In this document: positions 29,116 through 37,490 of the stretch, in pieces
Position numbering within the stretch: the stretch's first letter is position 1
How the letters are laid out: each line of letters opens with the position of its first letter
Assembly (NCBI GenBank): GCA_965204575.1
Contig: OZ241993.1
Location: 736,001-800,000, forward strand
Direction: 5' to 3'
Source: an uncultured candidatus Porisulfidus sp.
GTDB taxonomy: Bacteria; Pseudomonadota; Gammaproteobacteria; Poriferisulfidales; Poriferisulfidaceae
DNA length: 64,000 nucleotides
Notes under the pieces: generated by a model
What the model saw: the letters and a program-made list of their open reading frames with translations, nothing else
The model's database searches: none
What the model was told of the DNA's origin: nothing
Translations under genes and position numbers: made by a program

Positions 29116-31281
29116 GTGACTGAGCTCTGCCTGCATGTGGCCGTGAACGCGCCGATACGACACGGATACGACTATCTGCCACCGGCGCGGGGGGCCCTGC
29201 CGCCGCCGGGAGTCCGGGTTCGGGTGCCGTTCGGCGCCCGCAAACAAGTGGGTGTGGTACTGGAGGCTCGACCGCGGCCTGCCGGGGGTCCGGAACTCAA
29301 GCGGGTCGGGACCGTGCTGGACGAGGCTCCGATAATCGAGCCTGGTGTTCTGGAGTTGATGACTTGGGTGGCCCGATACTACCAGCACCCGATCGGACAG
29401 GTGATCAATGCGGCATTGCCGGTCCGCCTGCGTCGGGGAGAGTCGGCGGAACTCTCGGGAACAACCGTGTGGCGGATGACGGCAGATGGACAAGAGGCCG
29501 ACCTTGAGGCACATCGTCGCGCTCCGGTCCGGCAGGCACTGCTGCGTGCTTTCCAGAGCCATGGGGAAGGCCTGTCCGCGGAGCAGCTGCGCGAGTTGTG
29601 CCGCAATCCCTCAGCTCCGCTCAAGGCACTGATCGAGCAGGGGCTGGTGGAGGCCGAATTCAGGTTGCCGATTCCTCCCGCTCCCGTCGTTCCGAGGGAA
29701 GTGTCACACAATCCGCACCAACGCGAGGCCGTGGACGTGTTGCAGGGGCATTCGGGCTCATACAGTTGCACTTTGCTGCACGGCGTGACCGGAAGCGGGA
29801 AGACCGAGGTCTACCGTGCCGTAATCCGTTCGGTGCTGGAACGGGGCGGGCAGGTCCTGGTGATCGTGCCGGAAATCGGTCTTGCGCCCCAGTTGCGCGA
29901 CAGGCTCGCACGTGACGCCCGAACCCGCATCGCGGTCTACCATTCCGAGTGCACGGCACGCGAGCAGTACCTGGCTTGGCTTCTGGCGCAGAGCGGACAG
30001 GCGGACATCGTGGTGGGCACCCGCTCGGCGGTCTTTCTGCCGTTCCGGGACTTGCAGTTGATCGTGGTCGATGAGGAACACGACCCTTCGCTCAAGCAGC
30101 AGGAAGGATTCCGCTATCACGCCCGCGATGTCGCGATCTACCGGGCGCACCGGGCCGGAATTCCGGTCATCCTGGGCACGGCCACGCCGTCGATCGAGAC
30201 CTGGCGCAACGTGCAGACGGGGAAATATCAGCACCTGCGCCTGCCAACGCGTGCCGGCCCAGCGGTCTTGCCGAACACGGAACTGATCGACCTCAACCAG
30301 TACCCGGTGACGGACGGCCTGTCGGAACCGCTTCTGGAGGCCTTGCGCGAGACGCTGGACCACGGGGATCAGGCCTTGCTGTTCCTGAACCGGCGGGGCT
30401 TCGCTCCGATTCTGTATTCGCCCCAAACCGGCGAGCCGGTGGTTTGCCCGGATTGCCAGGTCTGTTTGACGTATCACCAGCCGCGCCGACAGTTGCTTTG
30501 CCATCACTGCGGATTCCGCCAGTCCGCCGAAGAAGAAGTCGAGAAAGGCGCGATCCTGCTGGGAGAGGGGACGCAACGCGTCGAAGACCGGCTGCATACG
30601 GAATTCCCGGACTGTCCGATTCTGCGCTTGGACCGGGATCAGATCCGTGGGCGCGGGGAACTGGAGCGCCGTCTCGAACAGACCCGCCGCGGCGACTATC
30701 GAATCGTGATCGGCACGCAGATGCTGTGCAAGGGGCACGACTTTCCCGAGGTCACGCTGGTCGGAGTCATCAACATCGATTCCCAGTTGTTCAGTCCTCG
30801 CCTGCGGGCACCGGAGCGAATGGCACAGATGCTGGTGCAGGTCTCAGGTCGGGCGGGTCGCCGGAGCAAGCCCGGCAAGGTCCTGCTTCAGACCTGCCTG
30901 CCGCGGCATCCGATACTGGGCCAGTTGCTGAACGAAAGTTACGAAAGCTGGCTGGAGCGTTTATCGGCCAGACGGCACGAACTGGGCCTGCCGCCATACA
31001 GCCATTGGGCGGTCCTGCGGGCACAGCACAAGGACTACCAGAAAGCGGAAGCATTCCTGCTGGATGTCCGTCGCCGGATGGAAGGGGCGGCGGGCGTGAG
31101 AGTGCGGGGCCCGGCTCCGGCGATGATGCCGAAGCGTGCGGGGCTCTGGCGCACCCAGTTGCTGCTGCAGGCAGATTCCCGCAAGGCGCTGGAGCATTGC
31201 CTGGAAGGCTGGCTCCAGGATCCGGGCAGAAAGGGCCGGGTGAACTGGACGCTGGACGTGGACCCGCTGGATATCGCCTGA
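29116..31281 (+). CDS. priA: Primosomal protein N' helicase
   Basis: GVRVRVPFG, GVTGSGKTEVY, DEEHD, FLNRRGFAP, CHHCG, KGHDFP and QVSGRAGR. Confidence 0.96.
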   Translation: MTELCLHVAVNAPIRHGYDYLPPARGALPPPGVRVRVPFGARKQVGVVLEARPRPAGGPELKRVGTVLDEAPIIEPGVLELMTWVARYYQHPIGQVINAALPVRLRRGESAELSGTTVWRMTADGQEADLEAHRRAPVRQALLRAFQSHGEGLSAEQLRELCRNPSAPLKALIEQGLVEAEFRLPIPPAPVVPREVSHNPHQREAVDVLQGHSGSYSCTLLHGVTGSGKTEVYRAVIRSVLERGGQVLVIVPEIGLAPQLRDRLARDARTRIAVYHSECTAREQYLAWLLAQSGQADIVVGTRSAVFLPFRDLQLIVVDEEHDPSLKQQEGFRYHARDVAIYRAHRAGIPVILGTATPSIETWRNVQTGKYQHLRLPTRAGPAVLPNTELIDLNQYPVTDGLSEPLLEALRETLDHGDQALLFLNRRGFAPILYSPQTGEPVVCPDCQVCLTYHQPRRQLLCHHCGFRQSAEEEVEKGAILLGEGTQRVEDRLHTEFPDCPILRLDRDQIRGRGELERRLEQTRRGDYRIVIGTQMLCKGHDFPEVTLVGVINIDSQLFSPRLRAPERMAQMLVQVSGRAGRRSKPGKVLLQTCLPRHPILGQLLNESYESWLERLSARRHELGLPPYSHWAVLRAQHKDYQKAEAFLLDVRRRMEGAAGVRVRGPAPAMMPKRAGLWRTQLLLQADSRKALEHCLEGWLQDPGRKGRVNWTLDVDPLDIA

Positions 31282-32325
31282 TCAGTGCGCGGTGAATTCG
31301 ACCATCCGCCGGGTCGAACGCAGGGCACGGCGGCGGATATCCTCTTCGACATGAATCTCGTTGCTTCCGGTCTCCAGGGTCTCGATGAGCCGGCTGAGGT
31401 CGTTCATGGCCATCCAGGGACAATGCGCGCAACTCTTGCAGGTGGCCCCCTCGCCGCCGGTCGGCGCCTCGATAAAGTTCCGGCCCGGTGCAGCCTGCTG
31501 CATCTTGTGGAAGATCTGCCGGTCGGTGGCGACGATGAAGGTCGGGTGGGGCAGTTCCTGGCAGGCCTGGATCAGGGCCGTCGTGGAACCGACCACGTCG
31601 GCCATGTCGATGACGTCCTCGGGGGATTCCGGGTGAACCAATACGGCGGCTTCCGGGTGTTCCGAAATCAGTTCGCCAAGTTTTCGCGACTTGAATTCGT
31701 CATGCACCACGCAGTGGCCCTGCCACAGCGCCATGTCGGCGCCGGTGACGCGCTGCAGGTAGTGACCGAGGTGGCGGTCGGGCGCCCACAGGATCTTTTC
31801 TCCCTGATCCATCAGGTGCGAGATGATCCGTACCGCGCAGCTTGAGGTGACCACCCAGTCGGCGCGTGCCTTGACGGCTGCGGAGGTGTTGGCGTAGACC
31901 ACGACGGTCCGGTCCGCGTGTTCGTCGCAGAATGCGGAGAACGGCTCGATCGGGCAGCCGAGATCCAGCGAGCATTCGGCCTCCAGCGAAGGCATCAAGA
32001 CGCGTTTTTCGGGGTTCAGGATCTTGGCGGTCTCGCCCATGAAGCGGACGCCGGCCACGACCAGGGTCCGGGCGGGCTGGGTCGTGCCGAAGCGGGCCAT
32101 TTCCAGCGAATCGGCCACCAGCCCGCCGCTGATGTCCGCCAGTTCCTGCAGGTCCGGGTGGGTGTAGTAGTGGGCGACCAGGATCGCGTCTTCGCGCGCC
32201 AGAAGTTCGCGCGCCTGCTCCATTAATTGTGACCGTTCCGCACGCGTGTATCCGCCCAGCCCTTCCTCGATGACACGAGTCTCAGGGTAGTCGAAAGCAA
32301 CCGCCGGTGCGGAAATTCCTGTCAT
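31282..32325 (-). CDS. nadA: Quinolinate synthase A
   Basis: [33 protein letters not shown] and CAHCPWM. Confidence 0.96.
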   Translation of the reverse strand: MTGISAPAVAFDYPETRVIEEGLGGYTRAERSQLMEQARELLAREDAILVAHYYTHPDLQELADISGGLVADSLEMARFGTTQPARTLVVAGVRFMGETAKILNPEKRVLMPSLEAECSLDLGCPIEPFSAFCDEHADRTVVVYANTSAAVKARADWVVTSSCAVRIISHLMDQGEKILWAPDRHLGHYLQRVTGADMALWQGHCVVHDEFKSRKLGELISEHPEAAVLVHPESPEDVIDMADVVGSTTALIQACQELPHPTFIVATDRQIFHKMQQAAPGRNFIEAPTGGEGATCKSCAHCPWMAMNDLSRLIETLETGSNEIHVEEDIRRRALRSTRRMVEFTAH

Positions 32326-32389
32326 AAAAACAATTCGTCATTGACCCTTTCACTATTATAGGACTCACTCCAGTGCGTCTGGCCATTTG

Positions 32390-32408
32390 GTATAACCTAA
32401 GTTATACT
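32390..32408 (+). promoter_or_regulatory. Palindromic operator / -10 element of the mazEF-like pair
   Basis: GTATAAC-ctaa-GTTATAC; TATACT at 32403. Confidence 0.65.
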
Positions 32409-32409
32409 A

Positions 32410-32661
32410 ATGATCGTGAAAACCGCCATTTCCATTCGTGACGATATTTTCGAGGCTGCAGAACGCACAGCTGCGACCTTGGGTCTTTCCCGAAGTGAAC
32501 TCTATGCACGAGCTGTCGCCGAATTCGTTGAGCAATGCTCTGGAGACCGAGTGACGGAGCGCCTCAACGAGGTGTACGGTGACGACGGGTCATCCTCGGA
32601 TCTTGACGAGGTACTCGCGGCTTTGCAGTTTCATTCTCTGTCTGCTGAAGAAAAGTGGTGA
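32410..32661 (+). CDS. Ribbon-helix-helix antitoxin (ChpI/MazE-like)
   Basis: KTAISIRDDIFEAAE...GLSRSELYARAV. Probable GTG start at 32416; overlaps the toxin. Confidence 0.8.
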   Translation: MIVKTAISIRDDIFEAAERTAATLGLSRSELYARAVAEFVEQCSGDRVTERLNEVYGDDGSSSDLDEVLAALQFHSLSAEEKW

Positions 32662-33002
32662 AACGGGGCGAGATCTGGTGGGCGGGGTTGCCCGCGCCCC
32701 GGGGGTCCGAGCCGGGCTATCGTCGTCCGGTCCTGATTATCCAGTCCGATGACTTCAATCGTAGCGGAATTCGGACAACTCTCGCCCTGGCCATCACATC
32801 AAATCTGGAATTGGCAAATGCGCCGGGCAATGTCGCGCTCGGGAGACGCGGAACCGGTTTGAACCGTTCTTCGGTCATCAACGTGTCGCAAATTGTGACT
32901 CTGGACAAGCGTTCCCTTACCGACCGAGTAGGAAAAGTTTCCGGTTCCATACTGACCCAGGTCGAGGAGAGTTTGCGGCTGGTTCTCGGATTCCGGCGGT
33001 AG
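32655..33002 (+). CDS. mazF: PemK/MazF family endoribonuclease toxin
   Basis: RGEIWW, GSEPGYRRPVLIIQ, ITSNL and SVINVSQIVTLDK. Confidence 0.9.
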   Translation: MVKRGEIWWAGLPAPRGSEPGYRRPVLIIQSDDFNRSGIRTTLALAITSNLELANAPGNVALGRRGTGLNRSSVINVSQIVTLDKRSLTDRVGKVSGSILTQVEESLRLVLGFRR

Positions 33003-33031
33003 TCTGGGGCGGGAAAGTGGCCCACCGATGC

Positions 33032-33059
33032 CTTGAAAAAGGCCCCTAGTGCTCCAATT
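33032..33059 (+). promoter_or_regulatory. Sigma32-like heat-shock promoter of htpG
   Basis: CTTGAAA-13 nt-CTCCAATT, compared with consensus CTTGAAA-N13/14-CCCCATNT. Confidence 0.62.
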
Positions 33060-33091
33060 TAAGCCCTGTCGAAGCATTCAGGCTAAATTTC

Positions 33092-34969
33092 GTGCCCGAA
33101 CCGAAAAAACAGCACCACGCCTTCGAGGCGGAAGTCGACCAGCTATTGCACTTGGTCGCCCATTCCCTGTACTCGCACAAGGAAATCTTCCTGCGCGAAC
33201 TGATCTCCAATGCGGCGGACGCACTGGACCGGCTCCGGTTCGAAGCACTGTCGGACGACAGCCTGTACGAAGGGGACAGCGATCTGGGCATCCGCATCGA
33301 GGTCGACGAGAAAGCCCGCACGCTGACCGTTTCCGACAACGGGATCGGCATGAGCCGCGCGGAGGTGACCAGCAACATCGGCACCATCGCCCGATCCGGC
33401 ACGCGCGCGTTCCTGAAGTCGCTCGGCGAAGAGAAGCAGGGCGAGGTCAGCCAGATCGGCCAGTTCGGGGTCGGTTTCTACTCGGCATTCATCGTGGCCG
33501 ACCGGGTAACCTTGGTCACCCGTCGCGCTGGCGGCAAGCAGGGCACGTGCTGGGAATCCGACGGGCGCGGCGGTTACGACCTGTCCCGGGTAAATTCGGC
33601 TTCACGCGGCACCTCGGTCACCCTGCACCTGAAGGAGGACGAGTCGGAGTTCCTGGAAGACTACCGCCTGCGCGAGATCGTCAAGCGCTATTCGGATCAC
33701 ACGCCGTTCCCGATCCGCCTGCAGTCGCGCGATGACAAGGGGCAGGTCACGGACGACTGGGACACGGTCAACCAGGCAAAGGCGCTCTGGACCCGCCCGA
33801 AGAAGGAACTGGGTGACGAAGACTACCAAGAGTTCTACCCGCATGTCGCGCATGACCCGAACCCGCCGCTGGCCTGGACCCATCATCGGGTGGAAGGACG
33901 CAATGAGTACAGCCTGCTGCTGTACCTGCCGAGCAAGGCTCCGTTTGACTTGGCAGACCCGAATCCTCAGCACGGTGTCAAGCTGTATGTACAGCGGGTG
34001 TTCATCTTGGACGAGCCGGACAAGCTCATGCCGCGCTACCTGCGTTTCGTGCGCGGCATTGTCGACTCGAACGACCTGCCACTGAATATTTCCCGGGAGT
34101 TGCTGCAGAACAATCGCACCTTGGACACCATCCGCAGTGCTTGCGTGCGAAGGGTGTTGGACCTGCTGGAGGATTTGAGCGCCAACCAGGAAAGGACCTA
34201 CGAGGAATTCTGGACAGAATTCGGGCATGTGCTGAAAGAAGGCACGATTGAAGACATCGGCAATCAGGCACGAATTCTCAAATTGCTGCGTTTCCACTCG
34301 ACGCAAAACGACGAAGACGCGTCGAAAGTTACTCTGGACGACTACATCGGGCGCATGCAGGAGGGACAGGAGAAAATCTATTTCCTCACAATCGACAGTC
34401 TGGCTGCTGCCCGGCATAGCCCGCACCTAGAAGTCTTCAGGCAACGGGGAATCGAAGTGCTGCTGATGACGGACCCGGTCGACGAATGGGTGATGGATTG
34501 GGTTCGGGAATATGAGGGCAAATCGTTCCAGTCGGTTGCCAAGGGTGAACTGGACCTGCCAGGGACCGACGCGAAAGAGGAACCCAAAGAAGACACTGAC
34601 GAGGATCCGTTGTGTACGCGGATTCAAAAGGCTCTGGGCGACGAGGTGGAGGCAGTGCGTCGTTCTACACGCCTGACCGATTCGCCGTCTTGCCTGGTTC
34701 GGGGCGAGCACGACTTCTCGCCGGCGATGTGGGAACTGATGCGTCGACAGGGGCAGCCCCTGCCAAAACCAAAACTGATCCTAGAGGTCAACCCGGACCA
34801 CGCGCTGCTGCAGCGGATGCAAGCCGATGAAGCGCGCTTCTCGGAATGGGCGCGCTGGCTTTTGGATCAGGCGATTCTGGCGGACGGTGGCGCGCTTGAG
34901 GACCCCGGCAGCTTTGTCGGCCGGATGAACGCGCTGCTGACTTCTTCGCCAGATTCGGAGTCGGGTTAA
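33092..34969 (+). CDS. htpG: Molecular chaperone HtpG (Hsp90)
   Basis: EIFLRELISNA, DNGIGM, IGQFGVGFYSAF and DLPLNISRE. Confidence 0.97.
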   Translation: MPEPKKQHHAFEAEVDQLLHLVAHSLYSHKEIFLRELISNAADALDRLRFEALSDDSLYEGDSDLGIRIEVDEKARTLTVSDNGIGMSRAEVTSNIGTIARSGTRAFLKSLGEEKQGEVSQIGQFGVGFYSAFIVADRVTLVTRRAGGKQGTCWESDGRGGYDLSRVNSASRGTSVTLHLKEDESEFLEDYRLREIVKRYSDHTPFPIRLQSRDDKGQVTDDWDTVNQAKALWTRPKKELGDEDYQEFYPHVAHDPNPPLAWTHHRVEGRNEYSLLLYLPSKAPFDLADPNPQHGVKLYVQRVFILDEPDKLMPRYLRFVRGIVDSNDLPLNISRELLQNNRTLDTIRSACVRRVLDLLEDLSANQERTYEEFWTEFGHVLKEGTIEDIGNQARILKLLRFHSTQNDEDASKVTLDDYIGRMQEGQEKIYFLTIDSLAAARHSPHLEVFRQRGIEVLLMTDPVDEWVMDWVREYEGKSFQSVAKGELDLPGTDAKEEPKEDTDEDPLCTRIQKALGDEVEAVRRSTRLTDSPSCLVRGEHDFSPAMWELMRRQGQPLPKPKLILEVNPDHALLQRMQADEARFSEWARWLLDQAILADGGALEDPGSFVGRMNALLTSSPDSESG

Positions 34970-35073
34970 ACGAAGCAAGTTTCCTTTATTTAATGGTTCC
35001 CCTCGCAGAGCCGCGCAACGCTAACTTGATATGATGTACTTCCAAATCCACCTGTCTGATTCTGAAAGATTGC

Positions 35074-35283
35074 ATGATGGCGAAGAATGTTAAAACCCCC
35101 AAGAGCGGGAAAATGGAATCCCACAAGACTATTAAAACTGGTCGGAGGGCTGGCGGCGTTTCCCGAGTACCAGCCACCTCTACAGGCGGTGGTAGGTGCA
35201 TTGTGACTCCGACTTCCGAACGCATCATCAAGGAAACTTCGGAAAAACGCCGGAAAGCCATGAGGGTGTTGGCAAATCGGTAG
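35074..35283 (+). CDS. Small basic protein, probable antitoxin for Doc
   Basis: Lies directly upstream of doc. C-terminal helix IIKETSEKRRKAMRVLANR resembles Doc-antitoxin tails. Confidence 0.55.
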   Translation: MMAKNVKTPKSGKMESHKTIKTGRRAGGVSRVPATSTGGGRCIVTPTSERIIKETSEKRRKAMRVLANR

Positions 35284-35662
35284 GCGCCACTACCGTGTCA
35301 CTTGGGCAGATGCAGTCCGGGGCCATGAGGAAGCGCTCCAAGATGGCGGGACCCCAGGAATCGTAAGCGAGCATGCAATTCGGTCGGCAATTGCCCGTCC
35401 GTACCATGGTTACTACCGCCTCATTCATCAGAAGGCAGCTGCACTAGTTCACGGGGTGGTCTCCAATCACGGTTTTTCGGATGGTAACAAGCGTACAGCT
35501 CTTTATCTTGTTGAATTGTTGATTCAGAGAAGTGGCTATGAGTTTGTTGCAGATGACGAGGTGGTCGTTGAAACCATTACAAGCGTCGCACGTGGGGAAA
35601 TTGGTCACGAAAAACTTGCGAAATGGTTTCGTGAATGCATAGTCCGACCTAGTGCGCCATAG
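35276..35662 (+). CDS. doc: Death-on-curing (Doc) family toxin, non-canonical start
   Basis: SAIARP...KAAALVHGVVSNHGFSDGNKRTA. Frame is open from 35264 with no ATG/GTG/TTG before 35456; ATC at 35276 gives 128 aa. Confidence 0.75.
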   Translation: MGRRHYRVTWADAVRGHEEALQDGGTPGIVSEHAIRSAIARPYHGYYRLIHQKAAALVHGVVSNHGFSDGNKRTALYLVELLIQRSGYEFVADDEVVVETITSVARGEIGHEKLAKWFRECIVRPSAP

Positions 35663-35753
35663 TTATGCGGATGCCGCAAGCACATTGCTGATCTATGGTA
35701 TGGTGTGGAGACGATCTTTGGGCATTGACAGGGGATATTGCAGGAGGAACAAA

Positions 35754-36272
35754 ATGAAAAAACAGGATTACCTTTTAGCGGGTTTGGTTGTGGCCAGCCT
35801 GTCTCTTGTTCTGGCACATGAAGCCACTGTCGCGGACGAAGATCCGGAAGTGACGCGAACCCGCCAGCATGTCGAGATGCTGGATACGCTCTACAAGACC
35901 GCCATCGTCCTGATCACGGACAAATATGTGACGGACCCTTCCAAGTTTTCAGGTGCAAGTGCGGCGAAGATGATCTTCGATGCCATGAAAGAGAGCGGCT
36001 ATCACGAAGTGCGCTTGGTCGGGCTGACTGACGTGATGGTCAACCCGGGCATTAATGCACCGCAGGATGCTTTCGAGGAAGCGGCCAAGGAGAAGATTCT
36101 CGCTGGCGAGGCGACTCACGAAGAGGTGGTCACCATCGATGGCAAACGCTACCTGCGCAAGGCGACGGCCGTTCCTGTCGTTCTGGAAAGATGTGTAATG
36201 TGCCATGGCAATTTCGCGGGGAACGATGGTGCCATCGGATCACTGATGTATACCGTGCCGCTGGTCCAGTAA
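35754..36272 (+). CDS. Exported monoheme c-type protein, DUF3365/Tll0287-like
   Basis: AGGAGG RBS, signal peptide, NAPQDAFE and YLRKATAVPVVLERCVMCH (CxxCH). Confidence 0.75.
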   Translation: MKKQDYLLAGLVVASLSLVLAHEATVADEDPEVTRTRQHVEMLDTLYKTAIVLITDKYVTDPSKFSGASAAKMIFDAMKESGYHEVRLVGLTDVMVNPGINAPQDAFEEAAKEKILAGEATHEEVVTIDGKRYLRKATAVPVVLERCVMCHGNFAGNDGAIGSLMYTVPLVQ

Positions 36273-36305
36273 AGCGAACAGGCCAGTCATAACTGGCAAA
36301 ACCAG

Positions 36306-36331
36306 AAAAGGGGGCTTAGGCCCCCTTTTTT
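36306..36331. terminator. Bidirectional rho-independent terminator
   Basis: AAAAGGGGGC-ttag-GCCCCCTTTTTT between convergent genes. Confidence 0.88.
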
Positions 36332-36365
36332 GTGTGCGAAAACCCCGCCGAATCGGAATTGCGGA

Positions 36366-37445
36366 TCAGTTTTTCTTTTCGTCTAGGCTCGCGAGAAGTT
36401 GCTCTGCCCTCTGAATCACTTCTTCCACGGTAATCAGCCCCATCACGTCCGGATCATGGATCTTGAAACCCCAGCGCAGGTCCGAAGCCTTTTTCCCAAC
36501 CCGGTAAACCGCCGCGTCATCGTAGCGGTCCACGCACCAATCGAGACTACGGTAAGGGCCGGTACGGTGCCGGTTGGAGTTGGCGTACAGGCCAAGAGCC
36601 GGGATACCGGCAATCGTCGCCATGTGAATCGGGCCGGAATCCGGGCTGATCATGAATCGTGCTCGGCGCAAAATCGCCATCAGTTGCTGCAGATTGGTGC
36701 GGCCCGCCATATTGATCGGCGGATGTCGCATTCGGGCACAGAGCTCGTTCGTGAATTTCACCTGCCAAAGTTCCCGGGAACACGTGAACACAACCCGCAT
36801 GCCATGTGCCTCGGCCAGATGGTCTCCAACCCGGACATAACGAGCGATGCGCCAATTGCGTTCCGGGTGTCCGGCGCAGGAACTGATGGCCACAATCGGC
36901 GGGCCGTCCGGCAGTTGTTCTTCCGCCCAGGCGCGTGCCATGGGATCTTCCGGGATATCCCAGCGATACTGAAACCGATCGGGCTCAATGCCGCTGGTCT
37001 TTAGGAACCCCAGGAACCCGTCGACGACATGCGGCCGGGTGTCAGGGGCGATCCGACAATTGGTGAACAGCCCGTGACCGTCCCGGGACCGGGCGCGGTC
37101 GAAACCGAGTCGCACCGGAGCGCGGACACACAGGCTGGCCAAGCCCGCGCGCAGTGCGACCTGCATCAGGAACAGGCCGTCGAATTGACGGTTTTCCAGT
37201 GTCCGGGCCAGATCCCGGTAGGCGCGCAGTCCGCGGTTCTTCCGAAAAACAATGAATTCAATCTCTTCAAATCGTTCTACCAGCGCCGCTTCGGTCTCGC
37301 CGATGACCCAGGTCAACCGTGTGTCCGGCCAGCAGTGGCGCAAGGTGTGTACCACCGGCAGCATGTGCGAGATGTCGGCAATGCCCGACACGCATAACAG
37401 GCACAGTGTTTTCGGGGGATAGGATGGGCGAGAGGATTCGGTCAT
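36366..37445 (-). CDS. Glycosyltransferase family 9 (OpsX-like LPS heptosyltransferase)
   Basis: TWVIG, RLGFDRARSRD, HVVDGF, ERNW and ISPDSGPIHMA. N-terminal motif is the atypical CVSGIADI. Confidence 0.88.
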   Translation of the reverse strand: MTESSRPSYPPKTLCLLCVSGIADISHMLPVVHTLRHCWPDTRLTWVIGETEAALVERFEEIEFIVFRKNRGLRAYRDLARTLENRQFDGLFLMQVALRAGLASLCVRAPVRLGFDRARSRDGHGLFTNCRIAPDTRPHVVDGFLGFLKTSGIEPDRFQYRWDIPEDPMARAWAEEQLPDGPPIVAISSCAGHPERNWRIARYVRVGDHLAEAHGMRVVFTCSRELWQVKFTNELCARMRHPPINMAGRTNLQQLMAILRRARFMISPDSGPIHMATIAGIPALGLYANSNRHRTGPYRSLDWCVDRYDDAAVYRVGKKASDLRWGFKIHDPDVMGLITVEEVIQRAEQLLASLDEKKN

Positions 37446-37490
37446 GCGGCCATGGGCGGGGCAGGACGGTGGGGGCTCGCAACTAGATCC

